Shown here: one piece after another, positions 13,541 to 29,031 of the stretch
Layout: each line of letters starts with the position of its first letter
Numbering within the stretch: the stretch's first letter is position 1
From: Eledone cirrhosa
Taxonomy: Eukaryota
Assembly: GCA_964016885.1 (NCBI GenBank)
Contig: OZ024754.1
Coordinates: 44,764,001 to 44,828,000, forward strand
Reading direction: 5' to 3'
DNA: 64,000 nt
Made by a program: the position numbers and the translations under genes
The notes under the pieces: generated by a model
Told to the model about the DNA's origin: nothing
What the model saw: the letters and a program-made list of their open reading frames with translations, nothing else
Database searches by the model: none

Positions 13541-13869
13541 GTTGGTAGTAGTAGTAATAGTAGTAGTGGTAGTGGTGGTAGTAGCAGTAAAAGAAGAAGA
13601 TAGAGAAAGAGACAAAGCAATGTCAGCAAGAGGAGAGGGTGGTGGTGGTGTAGCAATATGTATGGGGGAGGGGGATTCAAAGAAACAGACGACATTTCAG
13701 TGGAATGAAAAATTAAGTAAAGTGTAAGTACAGAGGGGGGGGGGGGTGAAATACCCTTTGTGGCCTGAGGGCAATTGGCTGTAATTGTTAGACCAATGAA
13801 GTAGTGGACAGAAGGACATACATATATATTTATATATATATATATGTATATATATATATGTATATGTGT

Positions 13870-13915
<46 letters not shown>

Positions 13916-14335
13916 ATGTATATATATATATGTATATGTGTGTATATATATATATATATGTATATGTATATATATGTATACGTATATATATATATATATG
14001 TATATGTGTATATATATATGTATATGTATATATATGTATGCGTATATATATATATGTGTGTACATGTATATGTATATACATATATGCATATGTATATATA
14101 TATTTATGTGTATATATGTATATGTACATATATATATTATACACATCCATATATATACATACACACACATAAATACATGTGTGTATATATATACATATAT
14201 ATATATATATACGTATGTATGTGTGTGTTTGTGTGTATGATCAGATAGAAAATAGTTTTTGATAGTGGTAATGGAAATAAATTTACTTTAACGTGGTTGG
14301 GATATATCTGAGAAGAAAACGGAAATGTATGTATG

Positions 14336-14379
<44 letters not shown>

Positions 14380-14413
14380 TAACAAATGGAAACTATATTT
14401 ATAAAACCATATT

Positions 14414-14479
14414 TATTTTATTATACATATTTCAAGGGCCACCAAGGCAGATTATTGTGCGCTTTCATCAGATAAAATA
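14414..14479 (-). ncRNA. Type I hammerhead ribozyme (minimal, Penelope-like-element type)
   Basis: Minus strand: UAUUUUAU-CUGAUGA-stem II (AAG..CUU)-GAA-AUAUGUAU-A|AUAAAAUA; perfect 8-bp stem I, full core, near-palindromic stem III. Confidence 0.75.
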
Positions 14480-14521
14480 CAATCCAGATTAGTTTTATAA
14501 ATAAATATTGACATACCCTGA

Positions 14522-14582
14522 AAAAATGCAACCTTAACGGTTGGAGCTTCCTGGAAGCTCCAACCGTTAAGGTTGCATTTTT
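14522..14582. repeat. Perfect palindrome, 30-bp arms, 1-nt centre
   Basis: AAAAATGCAACCTTAACGGTTGGAGCTTCC-T-GGAAGCTCCAACCGTTAAGGTTGCATTTTT. Confidence 0.95.
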
Positions 14583-14763
14583 GTTGAGTGCTTTATATCA
14601 GTTATAAAAGTATTCTAGCTTGTTGTATCCCAACAAATTAAATATAACCTCTGCATATATATATATATACACACACATATATATATACACATATTTACAC
14701 ATATATACAGACATATAAGTACGTACATAGATACACACATGCATTAATGCATCTATTTATAGA

Positions 14764-14809
<46 letters not shown>

Positions 14810-14902
14810 CGCGTGTGTGTGTGTTTTATACGTGTGTCGATGTATATGTTCACGTATTTATGTATAGTTATAATTATATAGATATTGTAATAAATATGTA
14901 TG

Positions 14903-14973
<71 letters not shown>

Positions 14974-14995
14974 TATATATATATACACTAGTTAT

Positions 14996-15235
14996 CATTA
15001 TCATCGGTCGAGCTTGCTCGGCTTTCTACGACACGTTTCCCCCATCCATCCCTGTCTCTCATAGCGTTTGCCAGTTCTTCCGCAGTGCATCCAGTATCGT
15101 CCTCAAGTTGCTTGACGTATGTCTTCTTGGGACGACCAGCGTTTCTTGCTCCATGAGATGGACTCCATAACAACACATCACCTGCTATTTCTTCCTTGCT
15201 GCGCCAACAGTGGCCAGCAAATCTGAGTCTCTGCC
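14996..15235 (-). mobile_element. RTEX-like LINE 3' fragment with 10-bp TSD
   Basis: Encodes [44 protein letters not shown]; CACTAGTTAT at 14986-14995 and 15236-15245. Confidence 0.8.
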
Positions 15236-15310
15236 CACTAGTTATACATACATATATATATATATTTATACATATGTATGTATGTATATATATATATATA
15301 TATGGGTATA

Positions 15311-15341
<31 letters not shown>

Positions 15342-15528
15342 GGGTATATATATGTATATATATATATATATTACTTTCTTTATTCAATAGAAAATCTGAA
15401 TTCTGACACCCAGCGAACTAACCATATTCACTGAACCAAAACAATTCTCCCATTCCATTTCCCTTGACCATTATCTTTTGCTTGTCATAAAATTCTCTAA
15501 AAAGGCTACAGAATAGATTTCCAAATAA

Positions 15529-15914
15529 GGGCGCGAAAATTTAATGAAAACTTGTTCATGTGACAGCCATAATTTAATTTATAACCAATCAAATTACGTT
15601 AATTAAAAAAAAGCCTTCGTGAGCCCCCCCTTTTTTTTTAAGTAAAAAGAAATTCAAACACTCATATATGAAAAAAAAACAACCTGTGACCCCCCCCCCT
15701 TGTTTGAAGAACTTTGTAACGCGAACTGGCGCGAAATTTATTATAATTATTGACCAACCAATCAAATTGCTTCTCTAAAAACCTGGCATTTCGAGCCACT
15801 TTTTTTCCATATAAAACAAGTAACATTCAGAGACCAACCAGATGTGAGAAAAACCACAGACCCTCCATCTCAACTCTACTTTTGAAAAGCAGAAGAACTG
15901 CGAAACCGGTAAGG
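15529..15914 (+). promoter_or_regulatory. Putative cell-cycle-type promoter (E2F + CCAAT + CHR) followed by a splice donor
   Basis: GGCGCGAAA at 15530 and 15728; ACCAATCAAATT at about 15584 and 15757; TTTGAA at 15703 and 15881, TTCAAA at 15653; CG|GTAAGG at 15909. Confidence 0.5.
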
Positions 15915-16066
15915 AAACCAAATAAATATATATATTTTTAAAAAAATAAGACACCAGTTGCATTTTCGATTTCATCTTTTTTGTTATGGAGTCCATCTTT
16001 TTTTCTTTATACTTTCACTCGTGTAGGACACCGGTTATTTTTCATTTTGTAAAAAAAAACTCACAC

Positions 16067-16111
<45 letters not shown>

Positions 16112-16279
16112 GAAAAATTGAACGGGAACAAAACAGAGAGGCAGTACAACAAATGTTTGTTAATTTCACGCTCTTGAGAGTGGGGTGATACATATATATA
16201 TTTATATATAAATAGATTTATACCTTTATATATTACTCTTTTACTCTTCTTTTACCTATTCCAGCCAACCGACTGAGGC

Positions 16280-16314
<35 letters not shown>

Positions 16315-16340
16315 CTATATATATATACACTTATATATAG

Positions 16341-16400
<60 letters not shown>

Positions 16401-16444
16401 CTCTATATATAGGTGTATACATATATATATACCTCTATATATAG

Positions 16445-16477
<33 letters not shown>

Positions 16478-16514
16478 CCTCTATATATAGGTGTATATAT
16501 ATATATATATATAG

Positions 16515-16563
<49 letters not shown>

Positions 16564-16584
16564 TATATATATAGGTATATATAT

Positions 16585-16671
<87 letters not shown>

Positions 16672-16922
16672 TATATATATATATATATATATATAGGTAT
16701 ATATATATATATATATATATAGGTATATATATATATATATATATATAGGTATATATATATATATATATATATAGGTATATATATATATATATATATAGGT
16801 ATATATATATATATATATATAGGTATATATATATATATATATATAGGTATATATATATATATATATATATATAGGTATATATATATATATATATATAGGT
16901 ATATATATATATATATATATAT

Positions 16923-16953
<31 letters not shown>

Positions 16954-16972
16954 GGTATATACATATATATAT

Positions 16973-17017
<45 letters not shown>

Positions 17018-17034
17018 TATATATATATATATAT

Positions 17035-17244
17035 GCAAAAGTTCTATTTAAAATTGTTGGGATACAACAAGTAAATATTTTTATAACTGATATAAAGCAC
17101 TCGACAAGTATTTGGAGTAGATATACGATATTAATAAATGGAAACTATATTTATAAAACCATATTTATTTCATTATACATATTTCAGTATAATGAAATAA
17201 ATATGGTTTTATAAATATAGTTTCCATTTATTAATATCGTATAT
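17035..17244 (-). mobile_element. Second fragment of the 14385-14655 element, ending in a fold-back palindrome (17121-17244)
   Basis: 17137-17186 matches 14385-14434; 17035-17105 is the reverse complement of about 14582-14655; arms of about 58 bp around ATATTTCA. Confidence 0.8.
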
Positions 17245-17302
17245 ATATATATATATACACATATATAGAGGTATATATATATATATATATACACATATAT
17301 AG

Positions 17303-17361
<59 letters not shown>

Positions 17362-17391
17362 TATATATATATATATATATATATACCTCTC

Positions 17392-17592
17392 TAATAGGAA
17401 CCAGAAAGACCCCGACGGCTGAGCTCAAGCCGTTTCGACGGCTAATTCTGGACCAGAATTAGCCGTCGAAACGGCTTGAGCTCTGCCGTCGGGGTCTTAC
17501 TGGTTCCTATTACCCACTCTACTACCCTAAGTATTGAGTACTTTGGTGCGTTATGGTCCACCTGGTTCCTTACCACATTTCCTTCGTTATAT
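17392..17592 (+). mobile_element. Fold-back element family P1 (60-bp arms plus unique tail) in (TA)n
   Basis: Arms 17392-17451 and 17453-17512; GAAACGGC-TTGAGCTCT-GCCGTC hammerhead 3' half; tail shared with the 23669 and 42415 copies. Confidence 0.85.
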
Positions 17593-17606
17593 ACCTCTCT
17601 ATATAG

Positions 17607-17653
<47 letters not shown>

Positions 17654-19129
17654 TAGGTATAGATAGACTAATGGCGACAAATTAGTAAAGAGTGAAGAAA
17701 TAGATGGATTGGTAAGTAGGTGTGTATATGTGCATACATATGTGCGTGTGTGTATATGTGCATATATATAAATGTGTGTGTGTATATGTGCATATATATA
17801 TATATGTGTGTGTGTGAATGTGTGTGAAATGAGTGTGGGATGATGGTGGTGGGGATGGTGATGATGGTGTGTAAGTGTATGTGGTAGGAGAGTGTGTGGT
17901 GGTGGTATGGTGGTGGTGGTGGTATGGTGGAGGTGGTGGTGGTGGTGGTGGTATGGTGGAGGTAGTATGGTGGTGGTGGTGGTGCTTGTGTGGTGGTGGT
18001 ATGGTTGTGATGATATGGTGGTGGTGGTGGTGTGGTGGTAGAATGGTGGTGGTGGTGGTGGTGGTATGGTGGAGGTAGTATGGTGTTGGTGGTATGGTGG
18101 TGGTAGTATGGTGGTGGTGTAGTGGTGGTGTAGTGGTGGTGGTGGTATGGTGGAGGTAGTATGGTAGTGGAGGCGGTGGTGTGGTGGTGGTGGTTTATAT
18201 TAGATTTAATAAGATCTAATCAACTTTGCGCCCTCTATCGACAATTAACGACTAAAGACACATATTGCTTCAAATCAAATCAAGAATTCTCCAAAGATCG
18301 CTGCAGAGTCAATTCCCTCCCCCCCAGGGAAAGGCATGAAGGCCACACAAGCTCACATTTATTTCCATGGATATTTGTAGATCATGTAATAAGCCAATTT
18401 CTTTCCCTCTCTCAGCCGTCTGCATGTGTTTGTACACATATATACGCACACATACGTACACATACATACGTACACACATATACATACACATATATACATA
18501 CAGTCACGTACACATATATACATACACGTACACATATATACATACACACGTACACATATATACATACACACGTACACATATATACATACACATACGTACA
18601 CATATATACATACACATACGTACACATATATACATACACATACGGACACATATATACATACACACACATACACATATATATATACACACACACGTACACA
18701 TATACATACATACACATACACATATATACATACATACACATACGTACACATATATACATACACATACGTACACATATATACATACACACACGTACACATA
18801 TATTCATACACACACGTACACATATATACATATACATACGTACACATATATACATACACACACGTACACATATAAACATACACATACATACACATATATA
18901 CATACACACACGTACACATATATACATACTCACACGTACACATATAAACATACATACATATTTACATACATATATACATACATACATATACATGTAAGTA
19001 TACATGTGTGTGTATGTATGTATGTATTTATGTGTGTATGTGTGTGTATGTATGTGTGCGTGTGTGTGTGTGTGTATGTGTGAGTGTGTGTGTATGTATA
19101 TATGTGTGTGTGTGTGTGTGTGTATGTGT

Positions 19130-19199
<70 letters not shown>

Positions 19200-19465
19200 A
19201 TCGGACTGACGATGAAAGAAATAATTTCATTCAAAATTAAGCCGGAAGGCCTGAGTCAACTGTATTGAACGAAGTTAATCTTTTCAGGAAGAGAGGATAA
19301 TGATGATGATGGTCTTGTTTAGTTAGCCCCAGATTCAATTTAATTGAGGAGACCTGTGATCAAATATATTCCAGCCGTGACCTTCCCTTATTTTTACATA
19401 TATCCAACACTACAATATCTTTATTTATGATATTAGTACAACATTTTCCTTCCTTCTTAGAAACT

Positions 19466-19625
19466 TACGGTATTTCCCGGCATCGAAAACTCTACTTTTT
19501 CCCTAAAACAAGTCTCAAAAATCTACCACATGTCCTCGAGGCCGAAGGTTTATTAAATTTTTAGTTGTCAAAAATTCGGGCACGTCCTGGAGGACGAAGC
19601 ATCTTGGGCGCCGGGAAATACGGTA
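19466..19625. mobile_element. Tc1/mariner-pogo-type MITE
   Basis: TA-CGGTATTTCCCGGC ... CGCCGGGAAATACGG-TA TIRs; second copy at 31693-31835. Confidence 0.75.
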
Positions 19626-19644
19626 TTTCAAAACTTTATAATCA

Positions 19645-20087
19645 CTAGAATTTTTATAACAAAAAGCTAGCAATTTGGGAGTGATAAAGTCGATCATATT
19701 GATTTCTGTATTTAACTGGTACTTCATTTTATCGATCACGGAAAGATTAAAGACAGAGTTTAACTCCATGGGATTCGAACTCAGAACGTATAAAGTGGTA
19801 ACTAAATATCGCAAATATACCACCCTATATCTGAGCAAATATTGGTTTCTAATTTAAGCATAAGGTCAACACGTTTGGAGGGGGGGGGGGTTATTAAATC
19901 GACCCAGTGCATTACTGGGACTTTATTTTATCGACCTGTAAGGATGAAAGGTAAAGCAAACCTCTGCAGGATTTTAACTCAGAAGGTAAAGAGCCGTAAC
20001 TCTATGCCACAAAGCATGTTGTCTGACGCTCTACCGATTCTGCCAATCTACCGCCCTTATGTTTCTGATTTAGGCACAAGGCCACCA
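19645..20087 (-). mobile_element. Tandem cluster of SINE family A copies (degenerate 19645-19820; full-length 19840-20056; tail fragment to 20087)
   Basis: Reverse-complement head, body and tail motifs. Confidence 0.8.
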
Positions 20088-20884
20088 CAAACCACCGCCA
20101 TCCCCATCACCCCCCATCCCCATTACCCCCCCCCCCCCCCACCACCACCACCACCACCATCACCACCACCACCACCACCATCACCACCACCACCACCACC
20201 ACCACCACCACCATTACTCTACCAAAAAGCTAGAAACATCAACCGGAAATTATTTAGAAAAATTGCACATCAAAATTGTTTTAGCGACAGGAAGAGAGAG
20301 AAAATTAGAGAAACCATGAGACACCACTACCACTACCTCTACCACCACAGCCAACACTACCACCACTACCTCTACCACCACAGCCAACACTACCACCACT
20401 ACCTCTACCACCACAGCCAACACCACCACCATCACTACCATCACCACCACAGCCAACACTACCACCACTACCTCTACCACCACAGCCAACACCACCACCA
20501 TCACTACCATCACCACCACAGCCAACACCACCAACACTACCTCCACCACCACAGCTAACACTACCACCACTACCACTAACACTACCACCACCACAGCCAC
20601 CAATACCATCACCACCACAGCCACCACCACTACCATCACCACCACAGACACCACTACCACCACCACAGCCAACACCACCACCACTACCATCACCACCAAA
20701 GCCACCACTACCACCACCAAAGCCGACACCACCACCACTACCATCACTACCACAACCACCACTACCACCACCACCACAGTCACCACCACCATCAACACCA
20801 TCACCACCACTACAGCCACCATCACCACCACCACCACCACCACCGCCATAAGCACCACCACCACCACCACCACAGTCACCGATA

Positions 20885-21305
20885 TATAGATGGTATCTAG
20901 TGGTATCTAGTGGTATATAGTGGTATCTAGTGGTATCTAGGTGGTATATAGGCGGTATCTAGTGGTATATAGTGATATATAGTAGTATCTAGTGGTATAT
21001 AGTGATATCTAGATGGTATCTAGTGGTATCTAGTGGTTTATAGTGGTATATTGTGGTTTATAGTGGTATCTAGTGGTATCTACTGGTATATAAGGATATC
21101 TAGTGGTTTATAGTGGTATCTAGTGGCATTTAGTGGTATCTAGTGGTATCTAGTGGTATATAGTGGTACCTAGATCGCATCTAGTGGCATATAGTGACAT
21201 CTAGTGGTATATAGTAGTATCTAGTGGTATATAGTGGTATATAGTGGTATATAGTGATATCTAGATGGTATATAGTGGTATCTAGTGGTTTTTAGTAGTA
21301 TATAG
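20885..21305. repeat. 10-bp minisatellite TAGTGGTAT(C/A)
   Basis: About 40 degenerate tandem units. Confidence 0.9.
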
Positions 21306-21459
21306 TGGTATGGGTGGTAGGGGTAGGTGGTGTAATAAGAGAGGGGGGTAGAGGAGGGGGGAATAGGAGGCGGTAGAGGAGGGTGTAGAGGAGAGGGTTA
21401 AACGATTCCAAGTTTAAGGTAGAGCTAGCTGATATTAACGATGTTGGTGATGAGGACAC

Positions 21460-22612
21460 TACCACCACCACTACCACCACCACCACCACCACCACCACCA
21501 CCACCACCACCACCACCACCACCAACACTACCACCACCACCACCAACACTACCACCACCACCACTACCATTACCACAACCACCACCACTACTACTATCAC
21601 CACTACTACTGCCACCACCACTACCACCACTACCACAACCACCACCACCATCACCACCACCACCACCACCACCGTTACTGCCACAACCACCACCACCACC
21701 ACCACTGCCACAACCACCACCACCACCACCACCACTGCCACAACCGCCACCACCACCACCACCACCACCACCACCACTGCCACCACCACCACCACCACTA
21801 CCACCACTACCACAACCACCACCACCATCACTACCACCACCACCACCACCATCACCACCACCACCACCACCACCGTTACTGCCACAACCACCACCACCAT
21901 CACTACCACCACCACCACCACCATCACCACCACCACCACCACCACCGTTACTGCCACAACCACCACCACCACCACCACCATCACCACCACCACCACCACC
22001 ACCACCACCACCACCACCGTTACTGCCACAACCACCACCACCACCACCACCACCACCACCACCACCACCACCACCACCACCACCACCACCACCACCACCA
22101 CCACCACCATCACTACCACCACCACCACCACCATCACCACCACCACCACCACCACCGTTACTGCCACAACCACCACCACCACCACCACTGCCACAACCGC
22201 CACCACCACCACCACCACCACCACTGCCACAACCGCCACCACCACCACCACCACCACCACTGCCACCACCACCACCACCACCACCACCACCACCACCACC
22301 ACCACCACCACCACCACCACCACCACCACCACCACCACCACTGCCACAACCACCACCACCACCACCACCATCACCACTACCACCACCACCATCACCACCA
22401 CCACCACCACTGCCACAACCGCCACCACCACCACCACCACCACCACTGCCACCACCACCACCACCACCACCACCACCACCACCACCACCACCACCATCAC
22501 CACCACCACCACCACCACCACCACCACCACCACCACCACCACCATCATCACCACCACCACCACCACCACCACCACCACCACCACCACCACCACCACCACC
22601 ACCACCACTATT
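21460..22612. repeat. (CCA)n-based compound trinucleotide array
   Basis: Direct reading; source of the poly-P, poly-G and poly-V ORFs. Confidence 0.95.
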
Positions 22613-22730
22613 ATTACTATTAGTCAACATTTACGTTCCTGGCTAATGTGGTATTAAAAAGAATTTGAAGAAAATAATAAATACTTTTGCGTATTTAATT
22701 GAAATTCACAGCAAAACCAAGATTGAATGC

Positions 22731-22794
<64 letters not shown>

Positions 22795-22877
22795 ATTTTT
22801 ATGGGCAGTATTATATGTATATAGACATGCATGAATGCATACAAATATATTTTCATATGTATGTATATATTATATAC

Positions 22878-22919
<42 letters not shown>

Positions 22920-22921
22920 CA

Positions 22922-23091
<170 letters not shown>

Positions 23092-23212
23092 AATATATAT
23101 ATAAACATATATACATATATATATATACATATCTATATATACATATATATATATACATATCTATATATACATATATATATATATACATATATATATATAC
23201 ATCTATATATAC

Positions 23213-23268
<56 letters not shown>

Positions 23269-23668
23269 GCATAAAAGCATATTTAAATTACGTGTGTATA
23301 CTATAGGATTGTCAATTTTTTTGTAATGCATGTATATATGCACAAAATTAATATATACATATACACTATTACAAACATGTGTATGTATGTATGTATATAT
23401 GTTTGTATGTATGTATGTATGTATTATGTGTGTATGTATGTATGCATGCGTGTATGTATGTATCCATGTATGCATGTATGTACTCACACACACATATATA
23501 TATATATACACAGACGCATATGTTTATATACATAGATGGCTCTCTCTCTATATATACACAAACACACATATATATATATATATATATATTTACATATGCA
23601 CACATGTATATACACACACACACGTATATATATATACACACACGTATATATATATATATATATATATA

Positions 23669-23858
23669 TATAACAAAGGAATTGTGGTAAGGAACCAGTT
23701 GGACCATAACGCACCAGAGTACTCAATACTTAGGGTAGTAGAGTGGGAAATAGGAAAAAGTATGACCCCGACGGCAGAGTTCGACGGCTATTTCTTGTAC
23801 TAAGTCCAGAAATAGTCGTCGAAACGGCTTGAGCTCTGCCGTAGGGGTCAAACTTTTT

Positions 23859-23863
<5 letters not shown>
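23669..23863 (-). mobile_element. Fold-back element family P1
   Basis: Palindrome about 23750-23863 (left arm has a ~10-nt deletion), in (TA)n. Confidence 0.85.
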
Positions 23864-23911
<48 letters not shown>

Positions 23912-24017
23912 GTGTGTATGGGAAATGATTTTATATTCAACTGTTGAGGTTTTTCTCGCCCCCCGTCCCCACCTTGAAGGAAACGTTTACTGAATTATGG
24001 AATATCTTACAATAATA

Positions 24018-24051
<34 letters not shown>

Positions 24052-24059
24052 TGTATATG

Positions 24060-24093
<34 letters not shown>

Positions 24094-24332
24094 TGTATGT
24101 ATGTATGTGCCTGTATGTAAGCATGTGAGTATATATATATATGTATACACATCTGTTTCTATAAGAATGCATTTCCATACACACGCATACATCGCCACAT
24201 ATCTATCTGTCTGACTACACACACACACGCACACACACACACGCATATATATATATGATATTAAATAGATTGCAAGCAATATCATATATTTAATAATATA
24301 TATATTTGTGCATATGTATATATATATATGTA

Positions 24333-24364
<32 letters not shown>

Positions 24365-24673
24365 CGTACATAAATACATAATATGTATATATGCACGTAT
24401 GTATATACGCATTAATACGTGCATATATGTATATATGGGAAGTTGTGTGATTAAATTTTGAGTTTAAATAAAAAGGAAATAGGATTTGTAAGTGGGAACC
24501 GTATTGGAATTTTGTTGGGTTTGATGGGATTAGGAACTCACTCACATATACACATACCTACACACACACACACAAAGACTGACTATATATATTTATATAT
24601 ATGTATTTATGTATATATATATATATATGTATATATATGTATACATACATATATATATATATGTATGTATATG

Positions 24674-24730
<57 letters not shown>

Positions 24731-25135
24731 ATACTTGGGGAGGGTCATATTTGTGTAATATTGCCAGAATTAATAACAGAACACACTCACTGTTTGGTTG
24801 GTTTTCGCTTCTGTGTCTTTTATATCGGTAATCTAATTTATTCGGTCCTCAATGTGGCCATTGACTGACCAACGGTCAAAAATACAGATACAATATAGAC
24901 ACAAAGACATATATATAGTTTATCAAAGTTCTTTCGTTGCACATCTGCAACATCGTCAGTGGTGCTATTGTTTCCTCCCCTTGCATTGTATTTTCTACGC
25001 CATCTTTATTTAGTCTGTTTATATATTTATTTATTTATTTTATTTTGTCTTCTTTGCGCATGCGTTTGCGTGTGTGTATAGTGTTTAGTTTGATATATAT
25101 ATATATATATATATCAAACATATATATATATACAT

Positions 25136-25243
25136 GGACAGGACGCCAGTCCATTGCAGGGTTAAACCCCCCAGCTGGTACTCATTTTCAGCTGAGTATA
25201 CTGGACCAGAATGAAATGAAGTTTTTTGCTCAAGAACACAACA

Positions 25244-25245
<2 letters not shown>
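25136..25245 (-). mobile_element. CORE-type SINE fragment
   Basis: Reverse complement similar to 3340-3450. Confidence 0.65.
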
Positions 25246-25322
<77 letters not shown>

Positions 25323-26281
25323 TTATATTTATAGCCGTCGAAACGGTTTGAGTTCTGCCGTCGGGGTCCTGAACATTTTATTATATATATATATATTAAA
25401 TATGGCGATAAATATAGTGACATGATATTGCAGAAGTAGATTAACTTTTGAGCCGAGTTTTATGTTTGATATTCACAGTGAAATGGAAGTTCAGTTGATC
25501 ACGTAATGTTTGCAACACAGATTAAGAATTACGAGACAAATTTTGAACTACAACTTTGAACTACACACTTGTGCCCGCTTGAAAAAAATTTCAACAGCAA
25601 CAACAATATCATCATCATCATCATCATCGACAACAACAGATACCAACATATTTACATATAGGTTAAATATGAACCCGCTTGGACCAAGACCAAAGTATGA
25701 CTGAACTTGTGGATTTGTGGACAAAGAGCACAGCTCCCTAATTCATAGACTACAAATAGCTGCGATATCTGGCACCTTACCTTCAATATTTGCAAAACAT
25801 TCTTGCGATTCAAAGGATGACAATTTCTTTTCTTTTACAACCTTACCACCAGGAAGGTGTCCAGTCCAAAATGTACTCAAAATCAAGAGAAACATTGAAT
25901 GAAATCGAGAAGCGAACGGCTACCCTGCTGTGACATCTACAATACTCTGACCATCGATAAGAATATGAAACCAAAAAGAGAGGCCAGGGAAACAAAACTA
26001 ATTATAGAGCTACAACATAAAATCATAAATTTGAAAGTACTCATTAGAGAAGTGTAGATATGGAGTTAGAGGATCGTATTTAACTACAAACATAATGTGA
26101 AATAAAAAATATTGGTAATAAACGTCACCAAAATTGACTGAAATATTGTCAATACTAATATATGTAACACTTTAAAGGGTCCAATAAAATATATCTTATA
26201 TACCGAAGTTCAATGTTTGTATATATGTATGTATATCTATATATCTATATACAGATGCATACATACAATATAAATATATAG

Positions 26282-26366
<85 letters not shown>

Positions 26367-26518
26367 TACATGCTTATACGTATTCATACATACACATATA
26401 TATATACATATACATATGTATATATCGCTGTAGTAGAGTTAGAAGTAGTAGTAGTAGTAGTAGTAGCAGTAGTAGTAGTAGCAGTAGCAACAGTAGTTGT
26501 AGCAGTAGTAGCAGCAGC

Positions 26519-26549
<31 letters not shown>

Positions 26550-26571
26550 ATAGTAGTAGTATTAGTAGTAA

Positions 26572-26626
<55 letters not shown>

Positions 26627-26784
26627 AGTAGTAGTAGTAGTAGATGTTACTGTAAGTCTATATAGTATGAAAGTTGAAACCTTAGATAGACTCATTTTCC
26701 CATTTTAACTGTCAACATCATTTTTATTTACCACAGGTTGCTATATAAATTAATGTCATCAACACTATATATATATATATATAG

Positions 26785-26846
<62 letters not shown>

Positions 26847-26867
26847 CTGTCTTCCTATTAAAATGTA

Positions 26868-26905
<38 letters not shown>

Positions 26906-26926
26906 CTGTCTTCCTATTAAAATGTA

Positions 26927-26957
<31 letters not shown>

Positions 26958-27017
26958 CATACACACACATTTATATATATATTTAAATGGATAACACTTA
27001 CATAAAAACAATATTAT

Positions 27018-27074
<57 letters not shown>

Positions 27075-27100
27075 CACATATATATGAATGTGTGTGTATG

Positions 27101-27135
<35 letters not shown>

Positions 27136-27162
27136 TAAAAATACATTTTAATAGGAAGACAG

Positions 27163-27221
<59 letters not shown>

Positions 27222-27531
27222 TATATATATACATATATATATATTCATAGATATATATATATTCCATTCATCAATTTCTCTATTTCGTTACACACTCACA
27301 CAAATCCATATATATTTATACATACATATACACACATACACATATACATACATACGTTGATATAAACATACACACACACACATATATATATACCTATACA
27401 CACACACACATATACATATATATATACACACACACACACACATGAAGATAGACATATATCTTTTCATATAACATGAATAGATCGCTCGTATGTATATATG
27501 TTGTTGTTCTTGTGTAACAATGAGTACTTGA

Positions 27532-27611
<80 letters not shown>

Positions 27612-27816
27612 ATGTTTGGGTAATATTGTGTGTCAGAAGGTCAGGAAGGAAAATATTTGAAACAACAGACGAATGTGTCTGAACAATTTCATTGGTCTAC
27701 AGTTACACCACTCTCCATCTTGTCTTCCTGCTCAGATGTCTTCTCTTCTTAAAAGCCAATTGTTTTTGCTTTGCCAACATAACCATATTGTCAGCTGTGT
27801 CAGCCATGTTCCTCTG

Positions 27817-27912
<96 letters not shown>

Positions 27913-27913
27913 C

Positions 27914-27987
<74 letters not shown>

Positions 27988-28081
27988 TTATTTATATATA
28001 TTTATATATATATATATTTATTCACACATACACCTACTCACACTCGTTCGCTCAAACACGTAAACACACATATATACGTGC

Positions 28082-28115
<34 letters not shown>

Positions 28116-28216
28116 ATGTATATATATGTATGTATGTATGTATATATATATATGTATATATATAAATATCATATATGTACATTTATATATGTATATATAT
28201 ATCACATATGTATGAT

Positions 28217-28249
<33 letters not shown>

Positions 28250-28288
28250 ATATATATATGTATGTATATATGTATGTATATATATATG

Positions 28289-28397
<109 letters not shown>

Positions 28398-28534
28398 GTA
28401 TGTATATATATATGTATGTATATATATATATGTATGTGTATATATATATGTATGTATATATATATGTATGTATATATATATATGTATGTATATATATATG
28501 TATATATATATATATATGTATATATATATGTATG

Positions 28535-28567
<33 letters not shown>

Positions 28568-28754
28568 CATATATGTATGTATATTTGCATATATATATAT
28601 ATATATTTATATATATGTGTGTGTATATATATGTATATATATATTTAATCATACATACAAACATATATACATGCGTAGCTATTTACGCATATATACACAA
28701 ATGGATACATGCACTAATTCCTACATACATAGCTATACATACATATATAGCTAT

Positions 28755-28795
<41 letters not shown>

Positions 28796-29031
28796 CATTG
28801 CTATACATACATAGCTATACATACATATATATATATATATTCATATACATACATACATATATACATGCATAGCTATACATCCATACATAGCAATACATAC
28901 ACATACATATAGACACACATATATACATACATATATATACATACACAGCTATATATAAATCTATTGGAAATCTGTCTTCCGCCATGACAGAACGACATCA
29001 GTTTCGTATAATAATGTTTTAAATCTTTACA

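Noticed and set aside
21292-22646. Poly-Pro (formin/extensin-like), poly-Gly and poly-Val ORFs
   Set aside because: (CCA)n array open in several frames on both strands, with no flanking domain or splice context
25650-25815. Possible RLE-type LINE C-terminus (LIHRLQIAAISGT)
   Set aside because: Only one weak motif in a frameshifted stretch; not enough to call
27693-27810. 34-aa basic minus-strand [37 protein letters not shown]
   Set aside because: Too short, with no recognisable family or supporting signals
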